From NCBI GenBank assembly GCA_038886195.1, contig JAVZYK010000001.1, positions 240,168-304,167 on the forward strand: 64,000 bases of DNA, written 5' to 3'. Positions 27,104 through 36,085 of this stretch are shown piece by piece (the stretch's first letter is position 1; every line of letters starts with the position of its first letter). Under the pieces are notes generated by a model. It was not told the origin of the DNA. It searched no databases and saw only the letters and a list, made by a program, of their open reading frames with translations. The stretch comes from Candidatus Pacearchaeota archaeon. GTDB taxonomy: Archaea; Nanobdellota; Nanobdellia; Pacearchaeales; UBA284. The translations under genes and the position numbers were made by a program.

Positions 27104-27880
27104 ATGGTTAAGCAAAAAGAAATGGAAAGAAAAGAAGTAGAAATAGAAAAGCAAGAAATAAAAGAAAAAAAAGATGGTGAAGAAAAAGAACGTGAGGAAT
27201 TAATTGTACCTTTAGAGGATTATATTAATGCCGGTGTACACCTTGGAACAAGAGCTGTGACACCTGAGATGAGACAATATGTTTATAGAAGAAAAGCTGA
27301 TGGAATTGCTGTTTTAAATACAAAAAAAATAGATGAGAAAATTTCTATAGCCGCAAAGTTTCTTTCACAATATCTTCCTGAAGACATCCTCTTTTGTTGT
27401 AGACGTGATGCTGGAATTAAAGCTGCAGAAGCGTTTAAAAATGCTCTTGAGATAAAAAGATTCTTTACTAGATATCCTGCTGGAATAATCACTAACCCAA
27501 AACTAGATAATTTTTTTGAACCAAAAGTTCTCTTTATTGTAGATCCTTGGCTAGATAAAAATGCCTTAAATGATGCTGTAAAAATCCATATTCCCATTGT
27601 TGCTTTATGCGATACTAATAATACTACTGCAAACATAGACATTGTTGTGCCTTGTAACAATAAGAGCGCCGCAAGCATAGGTTTAGTACTTTATATTATA
27701 GCAAAACTATATCTTGAAAATAGGAAAATAGATAAAAAAATATCTGCTAAAGATTTTTATGAATTTACAGAAGAAAAAAAAGAAAAGAAGCCTACGAAAA
27801 AGAAATTAAAAGAAGAGTTAATTAAAAGAATAACTATAGATGAAAAAAAAGAAATAGAAAAGGAAAGCAAAAAAGAATAA
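27104..27880 (+). CDS. rps2: ribosomal protein uS2 with K/E-rich terminal extensions
   Basis: Core LEDYINAGVHLGTRAVTPEMRQYVY...ADGIAVLN...VDPWLDKNALNDAVKIHIPIVALCDTNN matches uS2. It has about 30 aa of K/E-rich N-terminal and about 45 aa of K/E-rich C-terminal sequence. Confidence 0.85.
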   Translation: MVKQKEMERKEVEIEKQEIKEKKDGEEKEREELIVPLEDYINAGVHLGTRAVTPEMRQYVYRRKADGIAVLNTKKIDEKISIAAKFLSQYLPEDILFCCRRDAGIKAAEAFKNALEIKRFFTRYPAGIITNPKLDNFFEPKVLFIVDPWLDKNALNDAVKIHIPIVALCDTNNTTANIDIVVPCNNKSAASIGLVLYIIAKLYLENRKIDKKISAKDFYEFTEEKKEKKPTKKKLKEELIKRITIDEKKEIEKESKKE

Positions 27881-27938
27881 TAAGCATCGACTTATAATTA
27901 TAGTTATGTTTTTAAGTTTCTAGTTCTTAAAAATTTAT

Positions 27939-28010
27939 GCCTCGGTAGCTCAATGGTAGAGCATCTGCTTCGTAAGCAGGTGGTTGAGGGTTCGAATCCC
28001 TTCCGAGGCT
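27939..28010 (+). tRNA. tRNA-Thr (CGU)
   Basis: GCCUCGG-UA-GCUC-AAUGGUA-GAGC-A-UCUGC-UUCGUAA-GCAGG-UGGUU-GAGGG-UUCGAAU-CCCUU-CCGAGGC-U. Uninterrupted. Confidence 0.9.
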
Positions 28011-28504
28011 TATCGTTTTATTTGAATAAAATCAAATATGTCGGCTTCTTTGCTTTCAAGAATTTTGCCGGTAAAACAATCTATATGTAATTTTAAAATT
28101 TTAAAATTACTCAATATGCAAGTTATGTTCCATAATTGCTCATTATTAATTTTTTGAAGAATCAATATTATCTTATTAATGTCGTAGTCAATTAGATTTT
28201 TTCTCTTTATTTCTTTATTAATAATTTCCTTCAATTTATCAATATCTATTTTTATATTTTCATTTAAAGAAGTAATTTTACTTTTGGGATTAAATTCATC
28301 TGTTTTGAATTCAATTTCATCGTTAATAGAAAAAGTCGCTGCCTTTTTATTAGTCAAATAAAAATCAAATTGCTGAGTTTCTAATTCAAATTGAGAGTTC
28401 ATAACAAAAAATGCACTAAACAAAAAACTTTTTTTATTTTTGGCTTTAAATTTTTTAAATTCTTTAGAATCTTTCAATTTTTTTAATGAATCTTGAAAAG
28501 ACAT
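28010..28504 (-). CDS. hypothetical protein (164 aa) directly downstream of thrS
   Basis: Its start codon abuts the thrS stop (28504/28505). No motif recognised. Confidence 0.45.
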   Translation of the reverse strand: MSFQDSLKKLKDSKEFKKFKAKNKKSFLFSAFFVMNSQFELETQQFDFYLTNKKAATFSINDEIEFKTDEFNPKSKITSLNENIKIDIDKLKEIINKEIKRKNLIDYDINKIILILQKINNEQLWNITCILSNFKILKLHIDCFTGKILESKEADIFDFIQIKR

Positions 28505-30247
28505 TTAAACTGTTAACTCCCTCTTTTCTATTTTTTCTTTAATTTCCTTAATAAAGTTTTCAAGTTTAACTCCAAATTCTGGTTTCTTGCCGCGAGCTCT
28601 TACAGCAAGAGTGTTGTTTTTTTCTTCTTTATCACCTATTACAATTATATAAGGGATTCTCATTATTTCCGCTTCTCTAACTTTATAATCAACCGTCGCA
28701 TCTCTAAAATCTGAATCAACTCTTAATCCTTCTTTTTTTAAAACATTAACAATTTTTTCAGCTGCTTTTATATTTCTATCAGTAAAACTCAAAACTCTAA
28801 TTTGAATTGGCGCTAGCCAGACCGGAAGATTTCCATTTAAATGTTCTAACAAAATACCAATAAATCTTTCAAATGAACCATAAATGGCTCTATGAATCAT
28901 TACAGGCCTATATTTTTTATTGTCTTCTCCCATATATGTTAAATCAAATCTTTCTGGCATTGCAAAATCAACTTGAATTGTAGCGCACTGCCATGTTCTG
29001 CCTAGAGAATCTTTAATATGGAAATCAATTTTTGGACCATAGAAAGCCCCAGCGCCTTTCATAATTTTAAATTTCATTTTATTTTTCTTCAAAACATTTT
29101 CTAAAGCCTTTTCTGCTTTATCCCACATTTCATCACTGCCTATTCTTTTTTCAGGTCTTGTTGAAAGTTCAATATGATAGTTAAACTTAAATGGCTTGTA
29201 TAATATTTCAACAAGTTTTATAACGCCCTCTATTTCTTGCTCTAATTGTTTTTCAGTACAGTAAATATGAGCATCGTCTTGAGTAAATTTTATAACGCGA
29301 AATAAACCGCCCAAAACTCCGCTCAATTCTTGTCTATGAACTGTTCCTAATTCTGCCATTTTTAAAGGAAGTTCTTTATAGCTACGAGGTTTTGTTCTAT
29401 AAACAAGAATGCCTCCTGGACAGTTCATTGGCTTAACTGCAAAATCTCTTCCTTCATATTTTGTTAGAAAAATATTTTCTTTATACTTCTCCCAATGTCC
29501 CGAAATTTTCCAAAGTTTTGAATCCATAATCTGTGGCGTAGAAATTTCTAAATATCCTGCTTTTCTATGTTCTTCACGCCAAAACTTAATAAGTTCTTGA
29601 TAAATTATCCAGCCATTATGATGCCAAAAAACCATGCCTGGAGCAACTTCGTTAAAACTAAACAAATCTAACTTTTGTCCTATAATTCTGTGATCGTTTT
29701 CCTTGAGTTTGCTTGTATCTAAAATTGTTTTAGAAATCTGATTAAGAAGTTGCTTATAATCGTATTTTTCTTCTTTCACCTCTTCTTTTGCTGCTTTAAT
29801 CTCTCTTGCTTCTTTTTCAACTTTGCCCTCTGAACTTATGCTTCTACTAAGCTCACTAAGAGGATGTCCTTTACATTTAAGTTCAAATTCTTTATAGTAA
29901 CCAAAAGGAGCTCGAACCACCTCATATTTTTTATCCAAAAGAATTTTTTCAGCTTCTTTTAACACTTCCATTGCAAAATCTGGCTTTGCTAGAAAAGGAG
30001 AAAGATGAGCATAAGGATAAAGTACAATTTTTTTACATTTAACTTGAGAGGCAATGTCTATTATATTGTCAACAAGCAATTCTGCAGCATTTTTCTCATC
30101 AGTTTTTTCAACAGCAGTCAAAACCACTAGACACTCCTTAACTACAACTCCTTTTTTTTGTTCTTCGCTCAATTCTTCTGGATTTGCAATTGCTTTTTTA
30201 ACTGGCTTAAAATTTATATAATCGCAATGTAGTGTTAAAATTTTCAT
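28505..30247 (-). CDS. thrS: threonyl-tRNA synthetase (archaeal type with N-terminal DTD-like editing domain)
   Basis: 580 aa. The N-terminus MKILTLHCDYINFKP... is typical of the archaeal ThrRS editing domain. Class II core blocks: HRQELSG, FTQDDAHI, GAGAFYGPKIDF, and anticodon-binding PIQIRVL...YIIVIGDKE. Confidence 0.9.
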   Translation of the reverse strand: MKILTLHCDYINFKPVKKAIANPEELSEEQKKGVVVKECLVVLTAVEKTDEKNAAELLVDNIIDIASQVKCKKIVLYPYAHLSPFLAKPDFAMEVLKEAEKILLDKKYEVVRAPFGYYKEFELKCKGHPLSELSRSISSEGKVEKEAREIKAAKEEVKEEKYDYKQLLNQISKTILDTSKLKENDHRIIGQKLDLFSFNEVAPGMVFWHHNGWIIYQELIKFWREEHRKAGYLEISTPQIMDSKLWKISGHWEKYKENIFLTKYEGRDFAVKPMNCPGGILVYRTKPRSYKELPLKMAELGTVHRQELSGVLGGLFRVIKFTQDDAHIYCTEKQLEQEIEGVIKLVEILYKPFKFNYHIELSTRPEKRIGSDEMWDKAEKALENVLKKNKMKFKIMKGAGAFYGPKIDFHIKDSLGRTWQCATIQVDFAMPERFDLTYMGEDNKKYRPVMIHRAIYGSFERFIGILLEHLNGNLPVWLAPIQIRVLSFTDRNIKAAEKIVNVLKKEGLRVDSDFRDATVDYKVREAEIMRIPYIIVIGDKEEKNNTLAVRARGKKPEFGVKLENFIKEIKEKIEKRELTV

Positions 30248-30300
30248 TTTATATTGCTCTTTTATAAAGTTAAAGAAAAGAGATTTATAAAATTAACTTA

Positions 30301-31470
30301 TTATTCAAAAATCGCCTCTACTAGCGTTTTGCCTCCATCAAGAGTAGTGCCGAATCTAAATTTTTCTTCTGGCGCTGCTTGATAGGAGCTCATAACATTA
30401 GTATAAAGTATAAAAGGCAGTCTAAAACTTGTACTTCTATTGCTACTCACGTTTCTTGTCGTAGTTTCTGTGCCATTGAGCATTTTCAAAAGAGTTCTTT
30501 CTAAAAAAGGAGAACATTCATATGGGTAATAAATTTTAAAGTCGCTCATGTCGATTTCTTCTAAAGACGAAGAAGTTCCTCTAACTTCCAATTCAATAAT
30601 ACCAAGATCATAATATCTTTGTTTCATTGCTTCTCTATCTTCTGGGCGCACATCATCAACAGTACCAAATCTTGCTATCCACATATCATACCATCCAATT
30701 CTTTTTCTGTAAGCATCGTTAACTTTATATTCAACATTATATAAATCATTATTCACTTTAATCCATTCGCCCAAATCATAAACTATAGGACCTATTTCAG
30801 TTTTTTTATTTGTTTCTTCTGTTATCTCCTGCTGTTCTTGTTCTGTTGTTATTTCTTGTTTTTCTGTATTGGCTTTTTCTTTTGGCTCTCTTTTTAAATC
30901 AACATCTACTTTAAAAGCCAAATCTTCATTTTTTACGAAATAGTCTTTAAAAAAATATGTTGATTTTTCCTCAATATTTTGATATCCGCTTAAAATCAAA
31001 GTATCGGCTTTAAAAGCAAGAAAGAGCTTTTTATATTCAGAAGATCTGGAAGGATTATAAATTAAAATTTCTCCATTTTTCGCTTTGTATAGAAAAGAAC
31101 CTTCAAAGGAGCGCTTCCAATAACCTTCATCGTCTAATTCTAGAAAAAACATAGAATCTTCAAAAAAATACAAGCAGCCTGCTGGCAAATTAGAAATGTC
31201 TTTACAATAATTTTCTAATTCTCTCGTATTAATTCCGTAATTATTTTCTTCTTTAACTACAAACCATTTGCCTATTAGTTTATTCTGCAAACCGATTTCA
31301 TCCTTTCTTTCATAAGTTTCATTTCTAGTATTGTTTTTAAAATCGTAATTTTCTTTTTTGTAAGTTGGAGTTTTAGAGTTGGATTGATCACTATTGCAGT
31401 TACAAAGAATAAAAACCAATGGACTTCCAACTAATAAAGTATTTAAAAAATCCTTCAATTTAAACTTCAT
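30301..31470 (-). CDS. secreted hypothetical protein (389 aa)
   Basis: N-terminal hydrophobic signal ending ...LVFILCNCNSDQ (possible lipobox-like Cys). No family recognised. Confidence 0.5.
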   Translation of the reverse strand: MKFKLKDFLNTLLVGSPLVFILCNCNSDQSNSKTPTYKKENYDFKNNTRNETYERKDEIGLQNKLIGKWFVVKEENNYGINTRELENYCKDISNLPAGCLYFFEDSMFFLELDDEGYWKRSFEGSFLYKAKNGEILIYNPSRSSEYKKLFLAFKADTLILSGYQNIEEKSTYFFKDYFVKNEDLAFKVDVDLKREPKEKANTEKQEITTEQEQQEITEETNKKTEIGPIVYDLGEWIKVNNDLYNVEYKVNDAYRKRIGWYDMWIARFGTVDDVRPEDREAMKQRYYDLGIIELEVRGTSSSLEEIDMSDFKIYYPYECSPFLERTLLKMLNGTETTTRNVSSNRSTSFRLPFILYTNVMSSYQAAPEEKFRFGTTLDGGKTLVEAIFE

Positions 31471-31578
31471 TTTTAATTTAAATTTAATTTAAACCTTACA
31501 TAATATAAAAAAGAGAATTTTATAAATTTTTATACAAAAATTTATATATGTTTAAAGCTTAAAAAATTTCAATATAAA

Positions 31579-33681
31579 ATGCGAGAAAAAATTTTCATTA
31601 TATTTGTGTTTGCTTTTATACTTTTAGTTTCTAATTCTTCTGCAACAATCATTTCATCAGAAATCAATTCAATCTATAATCTTGGAGATAATATTCATGT
31701 TGAATCAAAGATTTCTAAAGAAGCTGTATTTGAAGGTTTTTTTAAAGTAATTTTGAATTGTAATGGAAAGGAGACTTTAATGTATTTCTCACCAATAATT
31801 CTTGAAAAAAACAAAGAAAAAACAATAACTATAGATTTTCCTGTTACTATAACAGGATCTTGTTATATAAAATCAATAATCGAAGATAAACAAAACACAG
31901 CAATAGAAGAAGCAAAAACAGGAAATTTTATTTTAAGCAACAAAATAAATGTAAATACAGAAATTAATAAAAAAGAATTCAAACCTGAAGAAAATTTACA
32001 AATAACGGGAAATGCCGTAAAAGAAAATGGTAAAGAAGTTAATGGTGTTGCGATAATTTATTTTAATGGTAAAGAGTATTCTATTAGTGTTTCTAGGGGA
32101 AAATTTTCATTCTCATATAAATTTGATACTGCGGTTGAGCCAGGAGATAAAACAATAACAATCAAAGTCAAAGATGATAACAACAATTTTGGAGAAGCTG
32201 TAGCAACTATAAAGATAGAAGCCATTCCTACTACCTTAATAATTGAGACAAATAATGAAAGTTTTGTGCCAGATTCTATTTTATTGATAACTCCTAAATT
32301 GCTTGACCAAGCAAAAAACATTATGACTGCAACCATAAATGTTAAACTAATAAGACAAACTTCTCCATTAAAGTCAGAAACTTTAATTGAAGAGTTAGTA
32401 AAAAGTGGAGATTCCACTATGTTTAGATTCACAAAATTTCACCAGCCAGGCACCTACGTTATTGAAGCTTCTTGGCAAAACTTTAAAGAAAAGAAAACAG
32501 CAATTTTAACAGAATATAAAAAAATAAATGTGAGTCTTGAGGACGATATTTTATATATCACCAACATAGGAAACGTTCCTTTCAAAAGAAAAATAGAAAT
32601 TAGTTTTTTGATTCAAGACCAAGAAATTAAAAAAATAATGGAGCTTGATTTAAAAGTTGGTGAAAGCAAACGCTATAAACTTGAAGCTCCACAAGGGACT
32701 TATGATATTAAAATCAACACAGGAGATGAAACTCTAACATTTTCAAGAATTCCCTTAACAGGAAGCGTTGTTGCAACAATAGATCTAGAAAAAAAATCAA
32801 ATATAGAAAATAATTTTTTATTCATAATTTTGATAATTATGATGGCTTTAATTATTGTTTTTCTTGTAGTTAGAAAGATTACAGAAAAACAAAAGATAAA
32901 AAAAGAAATGAAAATAGTAAAAGAGAAAATATCTAAAACAAACTTGCCATCACACATATTTATTGGAAGAATAGATCAATTTTCTCCTGAAGAAAATGAT
33001 ATAAAAAAATATTTTGAGAAGTATTCGAGAAAATTGCATGCAAATAAAATTATTTCTGTTCCAGTTTATGGAACAAAACAAGAAATCACTGCTTTAATTC
33101 TTGAATTCCAAGGTTTTGAGAAATTAAAAGAGTTAAAGAAAAAAAATGCTTCTCTTTATGGCAATATTCTCGATGAATATTTTGCTAATATAATAGAAAG
33201 AATAAAAGAAAATCAAGGAGTTGCTTCTCTTTATGGCAACGAGTTGATAATTTTATTCAATATAGTTAAGCAATATAGACATGATTTGGGAGCAATAAAG
33301 ACGGCTGAAGCTATAAGACAGATAACTAATGAATTAAATAACTTGCTTGCAGCAAAAGGTTTCGAATATGGCCTAGCAATAAAAGCAGGAATAAATACGG
33401 GAATGGCAAATGTAACTTCAATTCAAAATAATGAAGTTAAATATACATCGATAGGTGATACAACTTCTTTAGCTAAAGCGCTAAAAGAAAGAGCAATTGC
33501 TAATGAAATCTTAATGACAGAAACCATTTATCAACGCGTGGCTAATGTGATTAAAGCAAAAAAAATTATGCCTTACCATTTAAACGAACAAGACGCCATT
33601 AACATTTATTCTCTTGAAAGTTCTTTGAATTTTAGAGAAAAACACGAATGGTATGTTAAAAGAGCTTTAGGAAAACTTTAG
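31579..33681 (+). CDS. single-pass receptor-like protein: Ig-like ectodomain, TM helix, cytoplasmic class III nucleotidyl-cyclase-like domain with substituted catalytic positions
   Basis: Sec signal, about 400 aa of beta-rich ectodomain, and a TM helix (FLFIILIIMMALIIVFLVV). The C-terminal part ITALILEFQGFEKL...GVASLYGNELIILFN...KAGINTGMANV...YTSIGDTTSLAKALKERA...ILMTETIYQRV parallels the cyclase homology domain block order. Confidence 0.5.
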   Translation: MREKIFIIFVFAFILLVSNSSATIISSEINSIYNLGDNIHVESKISKEAVFEGFFKVILNCNGKETLMYFSPIILEKNKEKTITIDFPVTITGSCYIKSIIEDKQNTAIEEAKTGNFILSNKINVNTEINKKEFKPEENLQITGNAVKENGKEVNGVAIIYFNGKEYSISVSRGKFSFSYKFDTAVEPGDKTITIKVKDDNNNFGEAVATIKIEAIPTTLIIETNNESFVPDSILLITPKLLDQAKNIMTATINVKLIRQTSPLKSETLIEELVKSGDSTMFRFTKFHQPGTYVIEASWQNFKEKKTAILTEYKKINVSLEDDILYITNIGNVPFKRKIEISFLIQDQEIKKIMELDLKVGESKRYKLEAPQGTYDIKINTGDETLTFSRIPLTGSVVATIDLEKKSNIENNFLFIILIIMMALIIVFLVVRKITEKQKIKKEMKIVKEKISKTNLPSHIFIGRIDQFSPEENDIKKYFEKYSRKLHANKIISVPVYGTKQEITALILEFQGFEKLKELKKKNASLYGNILDEYFANIIERIKENQGVASLYGNELIILFNIVKQYRHDLGAIKTAEAIRQITNELNNLLAAKGFEYGLAIKAGINTGMANVTSIQNNEVKYTSIGDTTSLAKALKERAIANEILMTETIYQRVANVIKAKKIMPYHLNEQDAINIYSLESSLNFREKHEWYVKRALGKL

Positions 33682-33740
33682 GCAAAATTTAAAAATCCGA
33701 ATATATTAAAATTAATAAATAAAAGAGGAAAAAGTTGAAA

Positions 33741-33746
33741 GGAGGT
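33741..33746 (+). promoter_or_regulatory. Shine-Dalgarno-like site (GGAGGT)
   Basis: ggaggt ends 3 nt before the ATG at 33750. This argues for 33750 rather than the TTG at 33735 as the start. Confidence 0.45.
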
Positions 33747-33749
33747 AAA

Positions 33750-34337
33750 ATGGAAAATTCAACTTTTTGGGCAATATTCATCATTGTTCTAGTAGTGGGT
33801 ATAGCTCTAGGAATCGCTTATACAACTTCTTCAATGACTGGAAAGGCAATATGGGATAAACTGTTACCTACATACAAAGTTCCAGAAACAACTGTTCCAG
33901 TTTCAGAAAGTCCTGTAGCACCAACACAACCAGCAATAGCAGGCACTCAATTGCCGATAACTTATCAAGGAGTTTTGAATATGTTGAACAAATGCACTAT
34001 AGTCCATATAATGAACAATTTTACAAATATTTCCTGCAATAATGTATGTCAACAGCAAGCAAAAACATGTGTTCAAGCATTTACCTTTGACCCAGTTTCA
34101 GAAATCACCATACCTTACGAATGTTCTTGGATGAAGGGAACAAATAGACTTTATTGTAATTGTTGTTCAGCTCCTATTTTAAATGCGGCCGAGGTTACGG
34201 CGATAAAATCCTTTAAAGAAACTGGACAACCTCAAATATATCAAATAGATTGTAATCGTGATTGTTGTTGGACTGAAAGAGTTATGTGTTGCTGGTATGG
34301 TGGATGTGAGAGCGGATGTTGTTGGGCTACACGATAA
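33750..34337 (+). CDS. membrane-anchored cysteine-rich protein with C-terminal CCW motifs
   Basis: N-terminal TM helix, Pro/Thr-rich linker, then a Cys-dense domain ending DCCWTERVMCCWYGGCESGCCWATR. Confidence 0.55.
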   Translation: MENSTFWAIFIIVLVVGIALGIAYTTSSMTGKAIWDKLLPTYKVPETTVPVSESPVAPTQPAIAGTQLPITYQGVLNMLNKCTIVHIMNNFTNISCNNVCQQQAKTCVQAFTFDPVSEITIPYECSWMKGTNRLYCNCCSAPILNAAEVTAIKSFKETGQPQIYQIDCNRDCCWTERVMCCWYGGCESGCCWATR

Positions 34338-34406
34338 TTTCTTTTTTATTACTTTTTAATAGTTAAAAATAGTAAGATTTATATATTTATTATTTTTTAA
34401 ATATTA

Positions 34407-34928
34407 ATGAAAATAAAACCATTTTTAATTGGAACTATGGTTTTGGCTTTATTTCTAATGTATGCTCCAAAACTAAACAATTATCTTAATGAAGAACCAC
34501 AGCCAAAAAGAAAATTAGAAGATCAAATTAAATATAATGATAGTTTAATAAAAAATTATTCTTATTCTAATCTTTATGTATTAAAAGAGCCTAAAGGAAA
34601 AAGTTGGAAGAAATTTATTGATGATATAAAAAGAAAAGATTGCATTCTTATTAATTATTGTGCTGATGAATGCATTTCATGTAATTATTCAAAAGAATAT
34701 TTCATAAAAACTGCGATGGAAAATAAAAATATAGATTTTTTTATTATAAATTACAGATTTTTTGATGATAATGGAAAAGAATTAGTAGACAGTCTTGAAA
34801 AATATAATTTAAATGAGCACAGTTTACCTACTTTTGTTTTTCATAAAAAAGGCAAAAAACAAAAGATTGATTATACAAGAAAAGGGCTACTTAAATTAAA
34901 ATTTATTAATTTTTTTCAACTCTTTTAA
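34407..34928 (+). CDS. secreted thioredoxin-fold-like protein
   Basis: N-terminal signal or TM helix. CILINYCADECISCNY (CxxC in the expected position after a beta-strand) and a later LPTFVF (cis-Pro loop context) fit a thioredoxin-like fold. Confidence 0.45.
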   Translation: MKIKPFLIGTMVLALFLMYAPKLNNYLNEEPQPKRKLEDQIKYNDSLIKNYSYSNLYVLKEPKGKSWKKFIDDIKRKDCILINYCADECISCNYSKEYFIKTAMENKNIDFFIINYRFFDDNGKELVDSLEKYNLNEHSLPTFVFHKKGKKQKIDYTRKGLLKLKFINFFQLF

Positions 34929-35858
34929 CAATAAGCAAGCTTTACAATAATCGTGAGAAGAGGCAAAGCCACAAAGCTTGCATTTTCTGAATTCAATGTC
35001 TTCATACTTTTTCTTGATTATTGGCATCAACTTCAAGAATGAGCTAACTATGGCGTTTTTAACTTCAACGTGTTTTTTATCCATATCATCAAGCCATTTG
35101 CGAATTTCAATACGCCAAGTTTCGCCTCGTAAAGGACATGTTGCAATCTTTTTGCTCGGAATAGGCAGTTTCTTTAGATTAGCATAAAGTACAATTTCTT
35201 TTGTCGAGCATAGATAAAAAGGCTTAACTCTTTGCACAAAAGCTTTAGTTTCTTTTATTCCTGTTTTTGGTCCGAGTTTTGCTAAAAGTTCAGGACTTCC
35301 TTTCATTAAATTCAGTAAAATATTTTCAGCTTCATCATCAAGCGAGTGAGCGGTAGCAATTATATTAACTCCAAGCTCTTTAGCTTTCTTGTTAAGCAAC
35401 CACCGCTTGAGAATACTACATACAGCGCAGTTCGATAATTTCATTTTTTTAATTTTTTTCAAAATTTTTTTATCATCAAGATTAAAGCCAAATTCTTTTT
35501 TAAAAGAGAAAACTTTTAACGGAACTCCTAACTTTTCACAGAATTTTTTTCCTTCTTTCAGAAGATAAGAACGATAATTTCTAATTCCTTCATCGATTGC
35601 TAAAGCAACTAATTCCTGATTTCTTGCTTGACAGAATTTGTTTAATATGTAAAGCAAAGTTAAACTGTCTTTACCGCCAGAAAAGGCTACGGCAACTTTA
35701 TCCTCTTTGTTAATGAGCTGGTATTTTCTAATTGTTTTGAAAACTTTGTGCTCGAAATACTTAAGAAATTGATTTTTATCAAGCCATTTTCCACAACTTA
35801 GAAAATAAACTTTATCTTTTGGTTTATTCATCTTCTCCCCTAGCCACGCTCTTGCCAT
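34896..35858 (-). CDS. PP-loop ATPase, tRNA thiolation family (TtcA/TtuA/NcsA-like)
   Basis: VAVAFSGGKDSLTLLYIL (SGGKDS PP-loop), ATAHSLDDEAE, internal Cys pairs (CAVC) and a C-terminal CKLCG...CKAC zinc ribbon. Confidence 0.78.
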   Translation of the reverse strand: MARAWLGEKMNKPKDKVYFLSCGKWLDKNQFLKYFEHKVFKTIRKYQLINKEDKVAVAFSGGKDSLTLLYILNKFCQARNQELVALAIDEGIRNYRSYLLKEGKKFCEKLGVPLKVFSFKKEFGFNLDDKKILKKIKKMKLSNCAVCSILKRWLLNKKAKELGVNIIATAHSLDDEAENILLNLMKGSPELLAKLGPKTGIKETKAFVQRVKPFYLCSTKEIVLYANLKKLPIPSKKIATCPLRGETWRIEIRKWLDDMDKKHVEVKNAIVSSFLKLMPIIKKKYEDIEFRKCKLCGFASSHDYCKACLLLKELKKINKF

Positions 35859-35860
35859 TA

Positions 35861-36070
35861 TTACTTAACTTCTTTAATGCTGATAATATTTACAGGACAA
35901 ACGTCTGCGGCTTGCTTATTACATTTATATTCTTTCTCGCTAATTTCAGTTTTCTTAGGTTTCGCTTTTCCGTCTTTAGCCATAACCCAATTTTCAGGAC
36001 AAGTTGCAACACAAGCTCCACAACCTATGCATTTTTCATGTTCTTGTATTATTTTATATTTTTTTGCCAT
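35861..36070 (-). CDS. small 4Fe-4S ferredoxin
   Basis: 69 aa with CIGCGACVATCP and a distal C...CP (AADVCPVNII). Confidence 0.8.
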   Translation of the reverse strand: MAKKYKIIQEHEKCIGCGACVATCPENWVMAKDGKAKPKKTEISEKEYKCNKQAADVCPVNIISIKEVK

Positions 36071-36085
36071 TTTATTTTTCTTTTA

